Positions 48,653-62,543 of a DNA stretch of 64,000 nt are shown here, piece after piece. The translations under genes were made by a program, and so were the position numbers. The first letter of the stretch is position 1. Each line of letters opens with the position of its first letter. The notes beneath the pieces were generated by a model. That model was not told where the DNA came from. It searched no databases and saw only the letters and a program-made list of their open reading frames with translations. Source of the stretch: Octopus sinensis (taxonomy: Eukaryota); the NCBI RefSeq assembly GCF_006345805.1, contig NC_042998.1, positions 97,030,001-97,094,000 on the forward strand, given 5' to 3'.

Positions 48653-50326
48653 ACACCCTTCCTAAGGAAAAACACTTTACAGTGTTCACTGGGTGTATTT
48701 TTTATGCCACTAACAGCAAAAACAGGAAAAGAACAAAAATAGGTAAACAAATTTAATCACTCCAAGCACTGATCAATGTAGAAGGACCTTTTTAATATAT
48801 CAAAATATGACTGGCTTTCAAATTAGAATCTTGTAATATAGAATGGGAAAAAGGAAATCTCTCGAAAGATGTTGATTTGATTTTATATATTTTGACAAAG
48901 TTTAATGAGCTGATATCAATACATTTTGCGTTGTGCATTTAAATCCATTTAGAAAACTTGATATATCTATCTCAGTTTCAACATTTTGTGAAGTATATCA
49001 AAATTCTGGTCAAACATTGTGAAAAAATTCGTTTTTAATTATTTGAATCTTTGTGACTATATTTGTCCCTTAATAAGAAATGGACATTTATAGCATCAGT
49101 AACAACAAATGCCATTATGGATAATGGACAGTGAAACCTTGGTGATAAAGTTGATGATAAGGATGATGATGATGATAACAATAACAATGATGATGATAAT
49201 GACAATGCCTCATCTCTAAATAGAGATCCTTGTTACATCTCTTTCTCCCACTTTTTCCCAGCATGTCACTCATACACTATTACAATAACTCATACACCAT
49301 TATAATGCTATTATAACAACTTATAACTACTTGTCCATGCTTGCAGTAGATTATCTCTTAAGCTGTCGAGCTGTCCTGTATTACAAAGCTGTACTACACC
49401 TTCACTGTAAATCATACAAATACTTTCTTATACTATGTGGAAGTTCAGAGATGTTATCATTCAGGTTTCTCATCATTTTATTAGTTACAGTTCTTTTCTC
49501 TACCATTATTGATTTCAATCTGAATACACATCATTGTTTAACATCCGTTTTCCATGCTAGCATAGGTTGGACTGTTTGACCGGGGTCTGGGAAGCCAGGA
49601 GGCTGCACCAGGCTCCAGTCTGATCTGGCAGTGTTTCTACAGCTGTATGCCTTTCCTAACGCCAACCTCTCCATGAGTGTAGTGGGTGCTCTTTATGTGC
49701 CACCAGCATAGGTGCCAGGGGAGGCTGGCAACAGCCATGATCAGTTGGTGCCTTTTACGTGCCACCAGTATGGAAGCCAGTCAAGGTGGCGCTGGCATCA
49801 GCCACGTTCGGATGGTGATGGAAAATTATTTTAGTGACATTCTTTGTCAGGGACAATTTATATTCAAAACTGTTTGTCTAGTTATAGTTTATTACTGTTG
49901 TTGTCATTGTTGTTGGTAATAATGCTTAACACATTATCTACAATCAGTGGCCTAAGTTGATGATCATGATGATGATGCTTCTTCTCTAAATTAATTTCCT
50001 TGTTACATCTATTTTCTCCCACTTTTTCTCAGCATGTCACTCATACACAATTACAATAGCAGATGTGTGGCTGTGTTGTAAGATGCTTGCTTCCCAACCA
50101 CATGATTCCAGGTTCAGTCCCAGTGTTGCACCTTAGACTAGTGTCTTCTACTATAACCTCACTGGCCAAAGCCTTGGGAAAAATTTACAACCTTCTACAT
50201 CAATAATTCACTATTGTTCCTGAAAGATGTTTTTTTATATCTTCTATGGACTGCTCAAAGCTTACTAACTTCCTACAGCTGGATCCTTGGATCTTACCTC
50301 TACATATATATATATGTGTGTGTGTG

Positions 50327-50357
<31 letters not shown>

Positions 50358-50759
50358 ATATATATAAATAAAATTTAAATAATCAGAAAATGGAGAAAAC
50401 TTTTGGTCAACAAACAAACAAATTAAACCATATCAGTTGATTATTTTTTAATACAAAACATGACATAACATTTCTTACAGCCGTTTCTGCTTCCACTGTT
50501 AGTTGGTACTTGCGAAAGAAATTCCGAAAATAATATTTGTCATCTTCGTACCACATTCGAGCTAGTACATGGAGCTTCATCAGAGTGAATGCAAATGTGT
50601 AAAATAAAATGAACGAAAGCAAGAAGAGGCCAGAAGGTTCAATATATTAAAATCATACCATCTTGCAGTGTGGAGCTTGGTAATTGATACTGATTGTAAA
50701 TATGGATACTATTATCCCTTAGATGTTTACTACAACCGCTAACTCAGCTTATATGTATA

Positions 50760-50790
<31 letters not shown>

Positions 50791-51737
50791 GTTTGTGTCT
50801 GTGTTTATTCCCAGCTACCGTTTGACAACTGGTGTTGGTGCGTTTATATCCCTGTAACTTAACAGTTCAACAAAAGTGAATGATAGAATAAACACTGGAG
50901 TTGATTCATTTGGCTAAAAAATTTTCAAGGCGGTGCCCCAGCATGACCACAGCCTTATAACTGAAACAGGATAAAAAGATAAGATAACATTTTCCATCCA
51001 GGTTTTGAGAACTCTGATGAAGATTCAAGCAGTTACAAGCAACACTGTTTTCTGAACATGCTCTATCTTCACATTTACAATCCTGCAGCTAATAATAATA
51101 AAAATGACAGCTTCTGCTATAACCACAAGGCCTGAAATTTTGAGGGAATGAGCTTGATAATTACATAGACCCCAGTACTTCGCAGGTATTTATTTTATTG
51201 ATCCCAAAAGAATGAAAGGTAAAGTCAACCTCAGTGGAATTTGAACTCGGAATTTAAAGATGGACAAAATATCACTAAGCATTTTGCCTGGCAGGCTAAT
51301 GATTCTGCCAGCTTGCCATTTTAATAATAATAACAATCCTTTTTACTACAGGTACAAGGTCTGAAATTTTGGGGGAGGAGGTTAGTCAGTTGCATTGACC
51401 TTCGGTGCTTAACTGGTATGTGTCTCATTGACACCTCTGAGGATGAAAGGCAAAGTCAACCTTGGCAGAATTTGAACTCAGAACATAAAGATGAATGAAA
51501 TGCTGCTAAGCATTTTACCTGACGTGCTAATGATTCTGCCAGTTTGCCACCTTCTTAATAATAATACTAGAGTTCAATGAAATAATGGAGAAGGAAGTGA
51601 AAGAGCAACTGAGGATGGAATATTTCTGAAGACTAAGATTGGTGTTGTGCTCAAAACTGATCAGATGGAATAAAATCCAAGCAGTTAATACAAGCGTGGT
51701 AGCATCACTTCGGTATGGAGCTGGAATTATAAAATGG

Positions 51738-52098
51738 CAAAAGAGCAAACCTCTGCCAAGACAATACCAATGTCCTCTCAACGATTAGCTGGAGATTATC
51801 TTTAAAATGAGAATATCTGAAATAAACTTGACTGCTCTCATAAACAAGAATACTAAAAATGAACCTGACCTCTCTCAAAAATTAAGTAAAAATACTGGAA
51901 AAATAATCCAGAATTCTTGTCCATTGCCACATTGCTCCCAAAAATCTAATCAGTTTGTGCCAGTCACAAGGCCAAACATCCCCGAAAGTTTCATTCGAAT
52001 CTATCCAGCAGTTCTCAAGATATCTTGTCCATGGACAAACAAACAAACCAACACGACTGAAAACAATACCTCTGCCTTAGCAAAGGCGGAGGTAATAA
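51738..52098 (-). mobile_element. HINE/DINE-1-like (Helentron-associated) element
   Basis: Reverse complement begins ttattacctccgcc, has a (gttt)n tract and is homologous to 53028-53378; family assignment inferred. Confidence 0.6.
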
Positions 52099-53027
52099 TG
52101 ATGATGATGATGACGATGACGACGACGACGATAATAATAATAATAATAATATGAGATTACCATGTTGCACACATGGTTGTGATGTTTGTACATGGTGTGC
52201 CCTTATCAGACAGGTAGTCATGATGGCTTTATATATTTGTACCGTGGTGTCACTTTGATACATGCATTGCTCTCTCACCCAATAAAAAGATAGCAATCAG
52301 TCTTTTTATTTTCCTCATTAAATTATCTTATCTGACCTGTTTCTCTCCTCTTTTCAACATTGTGTCATCACCAGGACATGCAATATCTATGATTAAACAG
52401 GTTTTTCCTCTTCATTCACAATCACTATATCTGGTTTTTGATGTTTGATTTCATGATCATATTGGATCATCTCATCCCAAAGTATCTTCACCATATCATT
52501 CTCAATTACTCCTTGCCATACAGCTTTGACGAAACTGAGTGTTGTAGCTGTTGCTGTTGGAGACTTGGAAACTCTAAGTATCAAGAACACAAACTGGATT
52601 GAAAAGATAGGAGAAAATATGAAGGCATGAGCCAACCTGAGATTATAGAAATTGATACTCGCCCAAGGTGTCATACAGTGGAATAAACCTGGGACTGCTT
52701 GGTTACAAAGCAAACTCTTCAATCATTTGGCTATGTTGTGTCTGTTTCTGGTGTACTGCATTAATACCATTGAGAAAAGAATATATGTCATTCCTTCACC
52801 TCTCTAAGTCTGATTCTTCATGTTTAAATCTCAACTGAAAGTGTTTCCTCTCATTTAAGTTCAGAAAAATAATTATTCTCTTCGATAAGAAGTAACTGTT
52901 CTGGAGGTATCTATGTTAAAGAAAAATCTGAAATACAATACTACTTAACAGTAAAACGGTTATGCCTGTAACGAATAATGATAAGAAAATAGAGGAGAAG
53001 GTGGAAGATGGGGGTGCGGGTAGTATT

Positions 53028-53378
53028 TTATTGCCTCCATCTTAGCGTATTGTTTTCAGCGGTGTTTGTTTGTGGACAAGATATCTCAAGAACTGCTGGA
53101 TGGATTTGGAAGAAACTTTCAGGAATGTTTGGCCTCATGTCTGGCATGAACTGATTAGATTTTGGGATCGATCCAGTACTGGATAAGGATTCTGGATTAT
53201 TTTTCTTGTGTTTTTACTTAATTTTTGAGAGCGGTTGGATTCATTTTTATTATTCTCGTTTGTGAGAGCAGTCGAGTTTATTTCAGATATTCTCATTTTA
53301 AAAATCATCTCCGGCTAATCATTGAGAGGACGTTGGTGTTACCTTGGTGGTGGCTTGCGCTCTCTGAATGCTCTTGTT
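53028..53378 (+). mobile_element. HINE/DINE-1-like element, inverted relative to 51738-52098
   Basis: ttattgcctcc...tgtttgtttgtggacaagatatctcaagaactgctggat...gcttgcgctctctgaatgctcttgtt. Confidence 0.6.
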
Positions 53379-53854
53379 ATTTTTTTTCTATTTTTCTGCT
53401 TTATATTTGTTTACACTAAGTACCCATTATCAAATTTTTCCTTCCCATTGAACAAGACCACTCTCCATATCACACTGAAATTTTGCGGTTGCTGTTACTA
53501 GTTATTCCTTTGGTCTTTAAAATGTTGATGTACAGGCATCTGTAAAAATTGTTTTACAGATTTGTAACTATATATACAGTTTCTTGAAAGATTATGCTAT
53601 GTGAACTAGGATACCAGCACATAAAGTCCCAAAGTAAAACCATTATTTTTAAATCAAGAATTCTAATGAATAGAAGGAAGCTAGAGACAGTATTCTGATG
53701 CTGATGAACACATTTCTGGCACTGAATTTTGTGTAAAACAGAATTGGTAGTTCAGTTCCATTCAGACTAGCTAATTCTAATCTTGCTTTTTGCATATTAT
53801 GAATGTCTTTTGCCAGCTATTCTTGTACAATTGGTTTTTCTTAGCAGGCTTTAA

Positions 53855-54522
53855 CCCTTTAGCATTCAAATTACTCAGTCAAATATGATATTTATTCATT
53901 CACATTGGTTTGACGTAATCACGTATTATCATGTAGCAGCACAAACAGCCAGCGCCATATTGGATGAGATCTTGCGGCAGCCATTGCCATCTCCGAGACT
54001 GGAGCGAGACCTCATCTGCATCCATTTGCCATGCGCGAGATCACAACGAGGCTCGTGATGGAAACTATATAAACGGGTAACTGATTCAGACCAGCCTCTT
54101 TTGGCGCCATGACCACAGCAGCATTGGCTGAACACCAAACACTGGCAGAGCTTTCTGCCTGTCTATCTCCAGAGGCAATGCGCCCGCACTATTCGGAGTT
54201 TAAGATAGTAGCTGAGAGCAGCACACTTCACCTTTTAAACCAGTTGTAAATAGCAGATGTACTTGAAGTCTTTTCTCTTCGCCTGCCGAAAGCCTAAACT
54301 ACATAAAGAACAAGAAGAATAATGGAAGGAGATGATATTCTTCCAGTATCGTAAACCTTGCCTTTCATTACTAAAATCTCATAGCTTTGAGATTTCAATG
54401 ATGTGGTAGCTTATTTTTAGAATGACATTGTGGGGTAGGTGTGAGAGGCTTAATCTGGCTGGTTTCAACATAAAGCAGGCAGAATATTTGGGTTGGATAT
54501 AGCTGGTTTGAATGTTAAAGAG
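53855..54522 (-). mobile_element. piggyBac-type MITE (family of 12861-13073) carrying a GC-richer insert of about 440 bp (possible solo LTR, about 53932-54373)
   Basis: TTAA|CCCTTTAGCATTCA ... TGAATGTTAAAGAG|TTAA; insert starts TGTAGC and contains TATATAAA; no convincing TSD for the insert. Confidence 0.7.
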
Positions 54523-54749
54523 TTAAAGCATGGAACCCTATCAAAGCCTTCTTTAGATTGATAAATGCTAAGTAAAGTGAGTCTTCTGAATTTCTTACTT
54601 AATGTGGATAAACTATAAAAAGCCACAAAACTGCAATATTTACTTCTTGTTGTGTTTATATTATTGGCATAATGACTGCCCCCACTGAAATACAATAAAA
54701 TTGCTAAACAGCCAATTTGATGAAGAACTTCTTTTTTTTTTAAGAAAAA

Positions 54750-55125
54750 GGCACTGGTGTGGCTGTGTGGCAAAAAAGCTTACTTCCCAACTACATGGCT
54801 CTAGGTTCAGTCTCACTGTGCAGCACATTAGGCAAGTGTCTTCTGCTATAGCTTCAGGCCAACCAGAGCCTTGTGAGTGGATTTGGTTGGAAACTGAAAG
54901 AAGCCTGTTGCATATGTGTGTGTGTGTCCCATCACCACTTGACAACTGGTGATGGTGTGTTTACCTCCCTGTGACTTAGCAGTGTAACAAAAGAAACCGA
55001 TAGAGTAAGTACCAGGCTTTAAAAAAAAAAGAGAAAAGTACCTGAGGTTGATTCATTTGACTAAAAAATTCTTCTAGGTGGTCCCCAGCATAACCACAGT
55101 TTAATGACTGAAACAAGTAAAATAG
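54750..55125 (+). mobile_element. tRNA-derived SINE
   Basis: Collinear with 1190-1572. Confidence 0.8.
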
Positions 55126-56751
55126 AAAATGAGAAATCTGTTACAGTGAAAGAAATAAAAAAAAAGATCAATAGAAAAAATATCTTATGAACTCACTTTC
55201 AATACATAATACTTATTTCATGGTTGCTGTGTATAAGACACGTGTTAGCCATTAAAAAAATACAAAGACTTATTTAGTGTTAAAATTTCTGTTCATGAAT
55301 TGCAACAACCAGGTCAGAGTTTGTTTAACAAAAATTTTGTCTCTGTATAACAAATAATAAATATTTAAGAGAAGTTAACAGTCTTTGCATATTTTTAAAT
55401 AACTTGTGTCTTCTACTTGCAATAGTTTAAATTTAAGCGTATAATCTCAGATCAAATCAATTGATAACTTGCCTGGCAAGTACACCCTCAAAATAATTAT
55501 TTCAGCTTGAATACATATTAAACAATATCTGTGAAAACCATTTATGTATGCGTGTGTGTGTGTGTGTGTGTGCTCTTAAACTCAAATGTATTCATGTTGT
55601 AATAGAAAGGAAATCTAGTGCGGTAAAGACTGAAGGAGATACTATGTCAGAGGTAGAGAACCTTTTTAACATCAAAGCATTACATCTGTGTTGAGAAAAA
55701 TAATGATCTTTTCACCACCACCACCACCACTACCAGTGATCATTATTTGATGTCTATATCCCTATGCTAACATAGATTGGATGGCTTCCTCTCTTGACAA
55801 ATCTCACATGTTTCCAAGCAAGATAATATTTTCCCATGGCTGGACATATTTACACAAATGATTGGAAACGAAGAACACCACTTAAATAACAGTGACACTT
55901 GCTTACAATTATCATGTGATGTCAAGACAAAGAGACAAAAGTACATACATACACAGCATCATCATCATCATCATTTAATGTCCCTGTTCAATGCTGGCAT
56001 ATATATGTGTGTGTGCTTTTGTGTGTATGTATGTATAGAATGTCCCTCTATTGGTTTCTATCTTCCAAATCCATTCATAGGGCTTTGGTTGGACTGGTGT
56101 CACAATTGGGATTGAATCCGAAGCCATGTAGCTGGGAAGCAAATCCCTTGACTGCTGCTTATATAAAGCTTAAATCATATTTTTCTTTTTCCATACAGGT
56201 GGTTTCAAATTTGAATATGAGTGAATTTTCATCTGTAAAAGAGGTGTTCTTTGCTGCCCTATTCAGCCACTTGGCATGTTGGAAATAGCTACTAAATCTT
56301 CCTAATGTCATGGCCTACTACCAGGGGCAGACTGAGCTGTCGGTCAATTAGGTATTGCCCGAGGGCCCGGAACTCTGAGGAGCCCACACACTACATGTTA
56401 ACTATTCTAAAACACACATTCAAAGGGGCCCAGCAAACAGTTATGCCCAATACTCTCAGTCCACCCCTGCCTACTACTTTAAATAAAAAGAAGACATAAT
56501 CCCTGATATACATAAAGACTACGTAAAAGATAGTCAAAGTTGGAGTGTCTTTGACCATAGATCTACTTGATCAAAGCAGACCTGTGGCTAAACCATATCA
56601 ACAATAAGAGACAAGGCTTTGGTTTCTGATACCTCTACTGTCATACTATGGGTAGATCTTGATGTAACAGAAATCAATTTATTGAAGTCACACTTAGTTT
56701 TCATTTCACAGTAATAGTTAGCTTAAAATATTTCTCAGCCTTGTGACTATA

Positions 56752-57127
56752 GGTGCAGGAGTGGCTGTGTGGTAAGTAGCTTGCTAACCAACCACATGGT
56801 TCCAGGTTCAGTCCCACTGCATGGCAACTTGGGCAAGTGTCTTCTACTATAGCCTCGGGCCAACCAAAGCCTTGTGAATGGATTTGGTAGACGGAAACTG
56901 AAAGAAGCCTGTCGTATATATATATGTATGATTGTGTGTGTGTGTCTCCCAACATCACTTTGCATCGATGCTGGTGTGTTTATGTCCCCATAACTTAGCG
57001 GTTCGGCACAAGAGAGTGATAGAATAAGCACTAGGCTTACAAAGAATAAGTCCTGGGGTCAATTTGCTCAACTAATGGTGGTGCTCCAGCATGGCCACAG
57101 TCAAAATGACTGAAACGAATAAAAGAA
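56752..57127 (+). mobile_element. tRNA-derived SINE; partial copies also at about 58620-58790 and 58822-58997
   Basis: Collinear with 1190-1572. Confidence 0.85.
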
Positions 57128-59174
57128 TAGTGAAAAATGAGATTTGATAGGCTAAATATATATATATCAGCACTGTGACCCTAGAGCCTTAGAGCCCAGC
57201 ATGTCATGCCTGAAGGTGGTGAGAACAGTAGTTATAATATAGGCAAAAGGGTTGATTTATCTGCCTTGCTTCTAGACTGGAGAGTGGCAAGGTATAAATT
57301 GTAGGCAGTCATACTAACTGGAAAATTTTGATTTTTAATATTCAGGTGAGGCATGTACCAATGTTTTACCACCCTTTAAATACAATCTGTTATTTGTTTA
57401 AATCCTAAACCAGTAAGAAGATTAACATTAACCTAAAAATAATCTGCAACTGGCTTATGACAAACAAATTTGTATAAACCTATTAAAAAAATATGTATTT
57501 TTTCTTTTGTAAATTCTGTGATAAAGAAGCTTCAACAACAGGAACCTAAAATTAAAAGTGAATGCAAAATGGCCAAATCATTATATACAGTAGTTTGGAA
57601 TCGATTTTGATGAAATCGTTAAACATGTTCATGGCAAAATAGTACCAATCACACCATCATCGTCATTGTCATTACCGTCATTGTTGTCATCATCATTGCT
57701 GTCATCGTCATCATTATTGTCATTGTTGTAATGGGCCAGATAACATTTTTTGAAGCAGATTTTCTACTGCCAGATGCCCTTCCTGTCACTGATATTTGTA
57801 GGTTATTAGATGTATTAAAGAAAATATTTGTTCTTTCTTTTACATTTTTCTTCTTTTCGAAAACGTTATCCCTTATGTGAGAGGATGGATACCAAATCAA
57901 AAGCATACTAAAGAATTAACTGATAGGTTAGCTGATAATTTTTATGGAAAATGCATTGTCTCTGAGGCAAACTCCCAAGTTGATCTGTAAACAGATACTA
58001 CAACACTTACATGCAGCAAGGTAATTGTCTTCTCTCTTCATGAGTTATTCCTTCCATCCTCTATGCAGAGTAGTTGTGAGAACAGCATGGAAGACTGATG
58101 TCTTGAACAGTGCTTTATATATGAATTCAGTTTCCATTAGGATCATCATCATTTTGTTCTCTCTGAGGTAGATTAAGTAATCTTATGAAAATTTCACATT
58201 AAATTATTGATTTATGTTATCCTATATTGCAAAATGACATTGTAACCCAATAAGAAAAATCAATAGCCCTCCACATTATACACTAAGCATTCTTCCTCAT
58301 CATCACCATTTAACATTCGTTGTCTATGCTGGCAAGGGTTGGATGGTTTGACCAGAGCCGACAAGCCAGAAGAGCTGCACCAGGTTCCAGTCTGATTTGG
58401 CATGGTTTCTACAGCTGGATACACTTCCTGATGCCAACCACTTTACAGTGTGTGTTTTTGACATGGCACCAGCACAAGTGCTTTTTACATTACACTGTCA
58501 CAAGACTCTTGTAGGCCAATACTCTTTACCAGAGGATGTGGCCTTCCAAATTAATAAAGATACCTATTTTAACAAATACATGTTCTGAAAGTGTAAATTT
58601 TCATTTTGATAAAATAGATAGCAAGATGTTTGAGTTCAGTACCATTGTGCAACACCTTGGGCAAGTGTCTTCTACTATAACTCTGGGCCAACTAAAGCCA
58701 TGTGGGTGGATTTAATATGTGGAAACTGAAAGAAGCTCATTGTGTATGTTTATATATGTATATATGTGAGTGTATGTGTGTTTATGTCTCCTTATCTTGG
58801 CAATGTATGTTAGTTGTAAACATAGGTGTAGGAGTGGCTGTGCGGTAAGTAGCTTGCTTACGAACCACATGGTTCCAGGTTCAGTCCCACTGCGTGGCAC
58901 CTTGGGCAAATGTCTTCTACTTTAGCCTCAGGCTGACTAAAGTCTTGTGAGTGGATTTGGTAGACGGAAACTGAAAGAAGCCCATCGTATATATATACAG
59001 TTGTGGCCAAAATGTTCAGAACGGCATTGTTTTCGTCAGAAAAGTAAGTATAAGTTTTTATCAAAGTAGTTTTATATTCTATAATTTTCACAGACAATAA
59101 ATACAATATTAATTGTTATTGTCTGAGATTTTGGTGTAATTTGAGAGGATAATACACAGGTTTCTAGAGATCAG

Positions 59175-61080
59175 CACTTCTTTGCACAGCTGTCCTCATC
59201 CATATACATCACATGACCATACCAGTGCAAAAGTCTCCCTTGCACATCACGTGCCTTTTATGCCTAATTTTTCTCTCAAGATGCTTACATTCTGTCGAAC
59301 ATGTACACTGACATTGCACATCCAGCAAAGTATACTGGCCTCATTTCTTTCAAACCTACACATGTCCTCGGTTGTCACAGCCTCTGTTTCACTGTCATGC
59401 AGCATAGCTGTTTGCACACACGTATCAAACAATTTGTTTTTCTCTCTGAGTGAGAGGCCCTTTGTTGCCAGCAGGGTTAGGATACCTCTGAACTTTGCCG
59501 ATCCTAATCTTATTCTCACAGCTACACTCTTGGAACATCCACCTCCACTACTAACTTGGTCACCTAGATAATGGAAGCTACCCACAACCTCTAGCTTGCC
59601 CCTTGGCAGTTGCTAGAGTCTATTTTCTGCCCATTTTCAGCATTTATTGTATCTGTGCATCTTCCACATGCAGAAGCTATTTTCCCTGTTAACCTTCCCC
59701 TGATATTGCTGTACCTTTTATATATCCAAAGCTTACACTGAGTGCATCTTATGGAGTTTCTACCTACACCTTTACTACAGAGTGAGCAAGGCCATTTACC
59801 TGAAGAGATTTGTGATTTGTCTGCCTTCCTACTTACTAAGACTTTGGTTTTTCCTATAGACCTTCTTTCCATATCTGGAACTTCTTCTCTTGTTCAGGTA
59901 GTGGTTCAGCTATAAGAACAAGGTCATCAGCATAGAGGAGCTCCCAGGGGCAGCCTGTCTTGAATTCCACTGCTATTGCCTGGAGGACTATAATAAACAA
60001 GAGGGAGCTGAGTACCAATCCTTGGTGAACCCCTACTTGTATCCTGAATTCTTCACTATACTCATTGTCAACCCTCACTTTACTAGTAGAATCCCTGTAC
60101 ATAGCTTGTACAGCTCTCATTAACCACTCATCTATCCCTAGTTTTCTCATTGACCACTAGATAAGGCTTTCTCCATGTCAACGAAAGCCAGGTACAGAGG
60201 TTTATCTTTGGCTATGTATTTCTCCAGCAGCTCTCTCACCAGAAATATAGCTTTTCCTGTCTTCATATCCTTAATTGCTTTATCTGCCATGGAACTGTTG
60301 ATTTGGGTAGCTGGTCCCTCACTTGGGTCAACATTTGGCAGACACTCCTCCTCCCACATATCCTCCATGTTTAGCAGTGTTTCATAATGGCATCTCCAAG
60401 CTTCTTTCTTTGCAGAATCATTACATGCAAGTGCACCATCACCCATACAGACACATTTCTCTTCTATGATATCACGATTTTCTCTCACACACTGTCTTGT
60501 GATCTGAAACACTTCAGTTCTCTGGTCTTCATGTCGCTGAACATAGGTAGACTTTTTCTTTTCTGCTTCTCCCTTAGTTAGATATACTTGTTTCCTAGAA
60601 CTCTTTCTGGCAATCTTATACACTACCCTGCCATCCCCAATCTTCCAGGCCTATTTCTTAGACCTAATGGCCCTGTCTACCACATGAAGCCACCACCACA
60701 TTACCCTAGGTCTGGATGGGACTTTGCACCTGCTACAGATTTGGTCTGTGGCACTCAGTAAGCTGTCCCTTGGGAATTCCCAGTTAACCTCTATGTCACA
60801 AGTTTGTAGTTCCTCCTCCCTTTCATCAAATTTCTCAACTAGGATATCCCTAAATATCTGACAATAAAGGGTACTTAAGCTTCCAAATCCTTCTTTTCCA
60901 GATTGGTTTACATCTTGGCATCCTTCTGGCCTAGAGTCTAAAGTCTCTTAATGACTAGTCTATGCTGGGGGTGGGTACATTCTGCACCAGGGAGGGTCTT
61001 TGCATTTAGGAGCAGCCATGCATCACACAGGTTGGTGAGAATGTAATCAATCTGGCTAGCACAGACACTTGATTGGTAGG
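59175..61080 (-). mobile_element. RTE-clade LINE ORF2 remnant (reverse transcriptase)
   Basis: LAFVDMEKA, MRKLGIDEWLMRAVQAMY, GVHQGLVLSSLLFIIVL, WELLYADDLVL, FHYLGD; frameshifts and deletions. Confidence 0.9.
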
Positions 61081-61202
61081 TTATCTGGTGGCTGGCTGGC
61101 TCCCTAAAGTTCATGTATAATAATGTATTATAATTATTGGTTACACTGAAGTTGCAATATACATTTATTATTAGTTGTTGCTTAGTCCAAGATGGTCCAA
61201 AT

Positions 61203-61985
61203 TAAAGATGTTGCAGTTGTGACTATCACAGCTATAGTTTCAGGTTGTTATGTATCATAAACTATATGTTCAATATGTCTGTATCTCAGACTATATGTTC
61301 AGTGTGTCTGTATCAAGGACTGTATGTTCAATATACTCTTTTCAAGATGGTTAAGCTTAAGGTGATTTGGCTATCATTTCTAGCAGTTCAAACAACTTCA
61401 AATAGGCTTCATGGTTTGTTGTAGTGTATTAAATGTCATTATAGAAGAAAATAGTGGGTCTCTATGCCAACTTAAAAATAATCTATTTTAAATTAGCCAT
61501 TGCCTGTTTATTATGAATCTTTATTTTAAAAAAAATCTGAAAAATGATAAACTAGTGGTAAACAATAGCAATATTTGTGTTGCATTAAAAGTTGTACAGA
61601 ATTAAGTTTAGTTACTTTATGTTCTGAGCTCAAAATCTGCTGGGACCACAGACTCTTTTTATTTACTTATTGTTTTTTTTAATTTTGTGGAGGGGAGATA
61701 AAATAAATACAAATCAAGTACAAATAAAGATGTTCCGGTTGTGATTACCACATCCATTGTTTCAAGTTGTTATATATCTTAGAGTCTAAGACTTAGACAA
61801 TGTGTTCAGTATGACTACATCAAGAATTATTTGTTCAATATATTGTCTTTTCAAGATGGTTAAGTTTGAGATTTGGCTATTAATTCTAGCAGGTCAAACA
61901 ACTTCAAAGATACTTTATGGTTTGTTGTATTAAATGTCATTGTAGAAGAAAATAACGAGTCACTATATCCATCTATTAAAAATGT
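61203..61985. repeat. Diverged local direct duplication (about 61203-61500 vs 61727-61985)
   Basis: Shared aaagatgtt..gttgtga.ta, tgttcaatata..tcttttcaagatggttaag, tctagcag.tcaaacaacttcaaa, attaaatgtcatt.tagaagaaaata. Confidence 0.75.
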
Positions 61986-62273
61986 AAATTTTTGGCCTTT
62001 TCCTTATGTAAGAAATCAGGTAGTTAATATTCAATCTTAAATAACTTTATTGAATTTTTTTCTTTAACATCATTACAAGTAACAGCTTGTAGATATTTGA
62101 GATTATCAACAAAAAGTTCAAGAATAACATTTGAAATTCATTAAGTAACTAGTATCGAATTTTCTCTTGATGCTTGAAGAAAGTAGCTTGCTTGTTAAGC
62201 TGATGGGGAAAAAAGCACTATTACTAGGTAATGTGTTGGAAAATCCATTCTTTGAACGAAGAGCTCGAACTCG

Positions 62274-62543
62274 TGACGTCATATAATCTAACCAATCAGT
62301 GACATTCACGCTCTCTATTTCATGAACAACTTTCAAAATGGCTGTCAGTATAAAAGTAACTCGCCACCTAAGTGGTTTGGAGGTTACATATTTTGAATCT
62401 GCTTTTATGGACGATGTTTTATGCAAAAATCTCAATCAGCTAAGTTCTCTGTGGTTGCATTGGCGATCATACAGAGACATTAAGTGTAGAAAATTATATT
62501 ATTCGAACAATCTTGATGCATATTGTAGCCATTTTCCGTGAGT
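62274..62543 (+). promoter_or_regulatory. Possible promoter and first exon of a gene running out of the window
   Basis: CRE TGACGTCA (62274-81), CCAAT (62292-96), CpG-richer patch, GTGAGT donor (62538-43), later ag/gt-bounded segment about 62698-62802; no recognisable protein. Confidence 0.3.

Noticed and set aside
50470-50600. ORF 50407-50622 as an exon, or its CTGATGAAGCT motif as a ribozyme
   Set aside because: No recognisable protein. The motif has GAAT instead of GAAA and no stem I partner; it lies in a Penelope-like repeat remnant and is at best truncated
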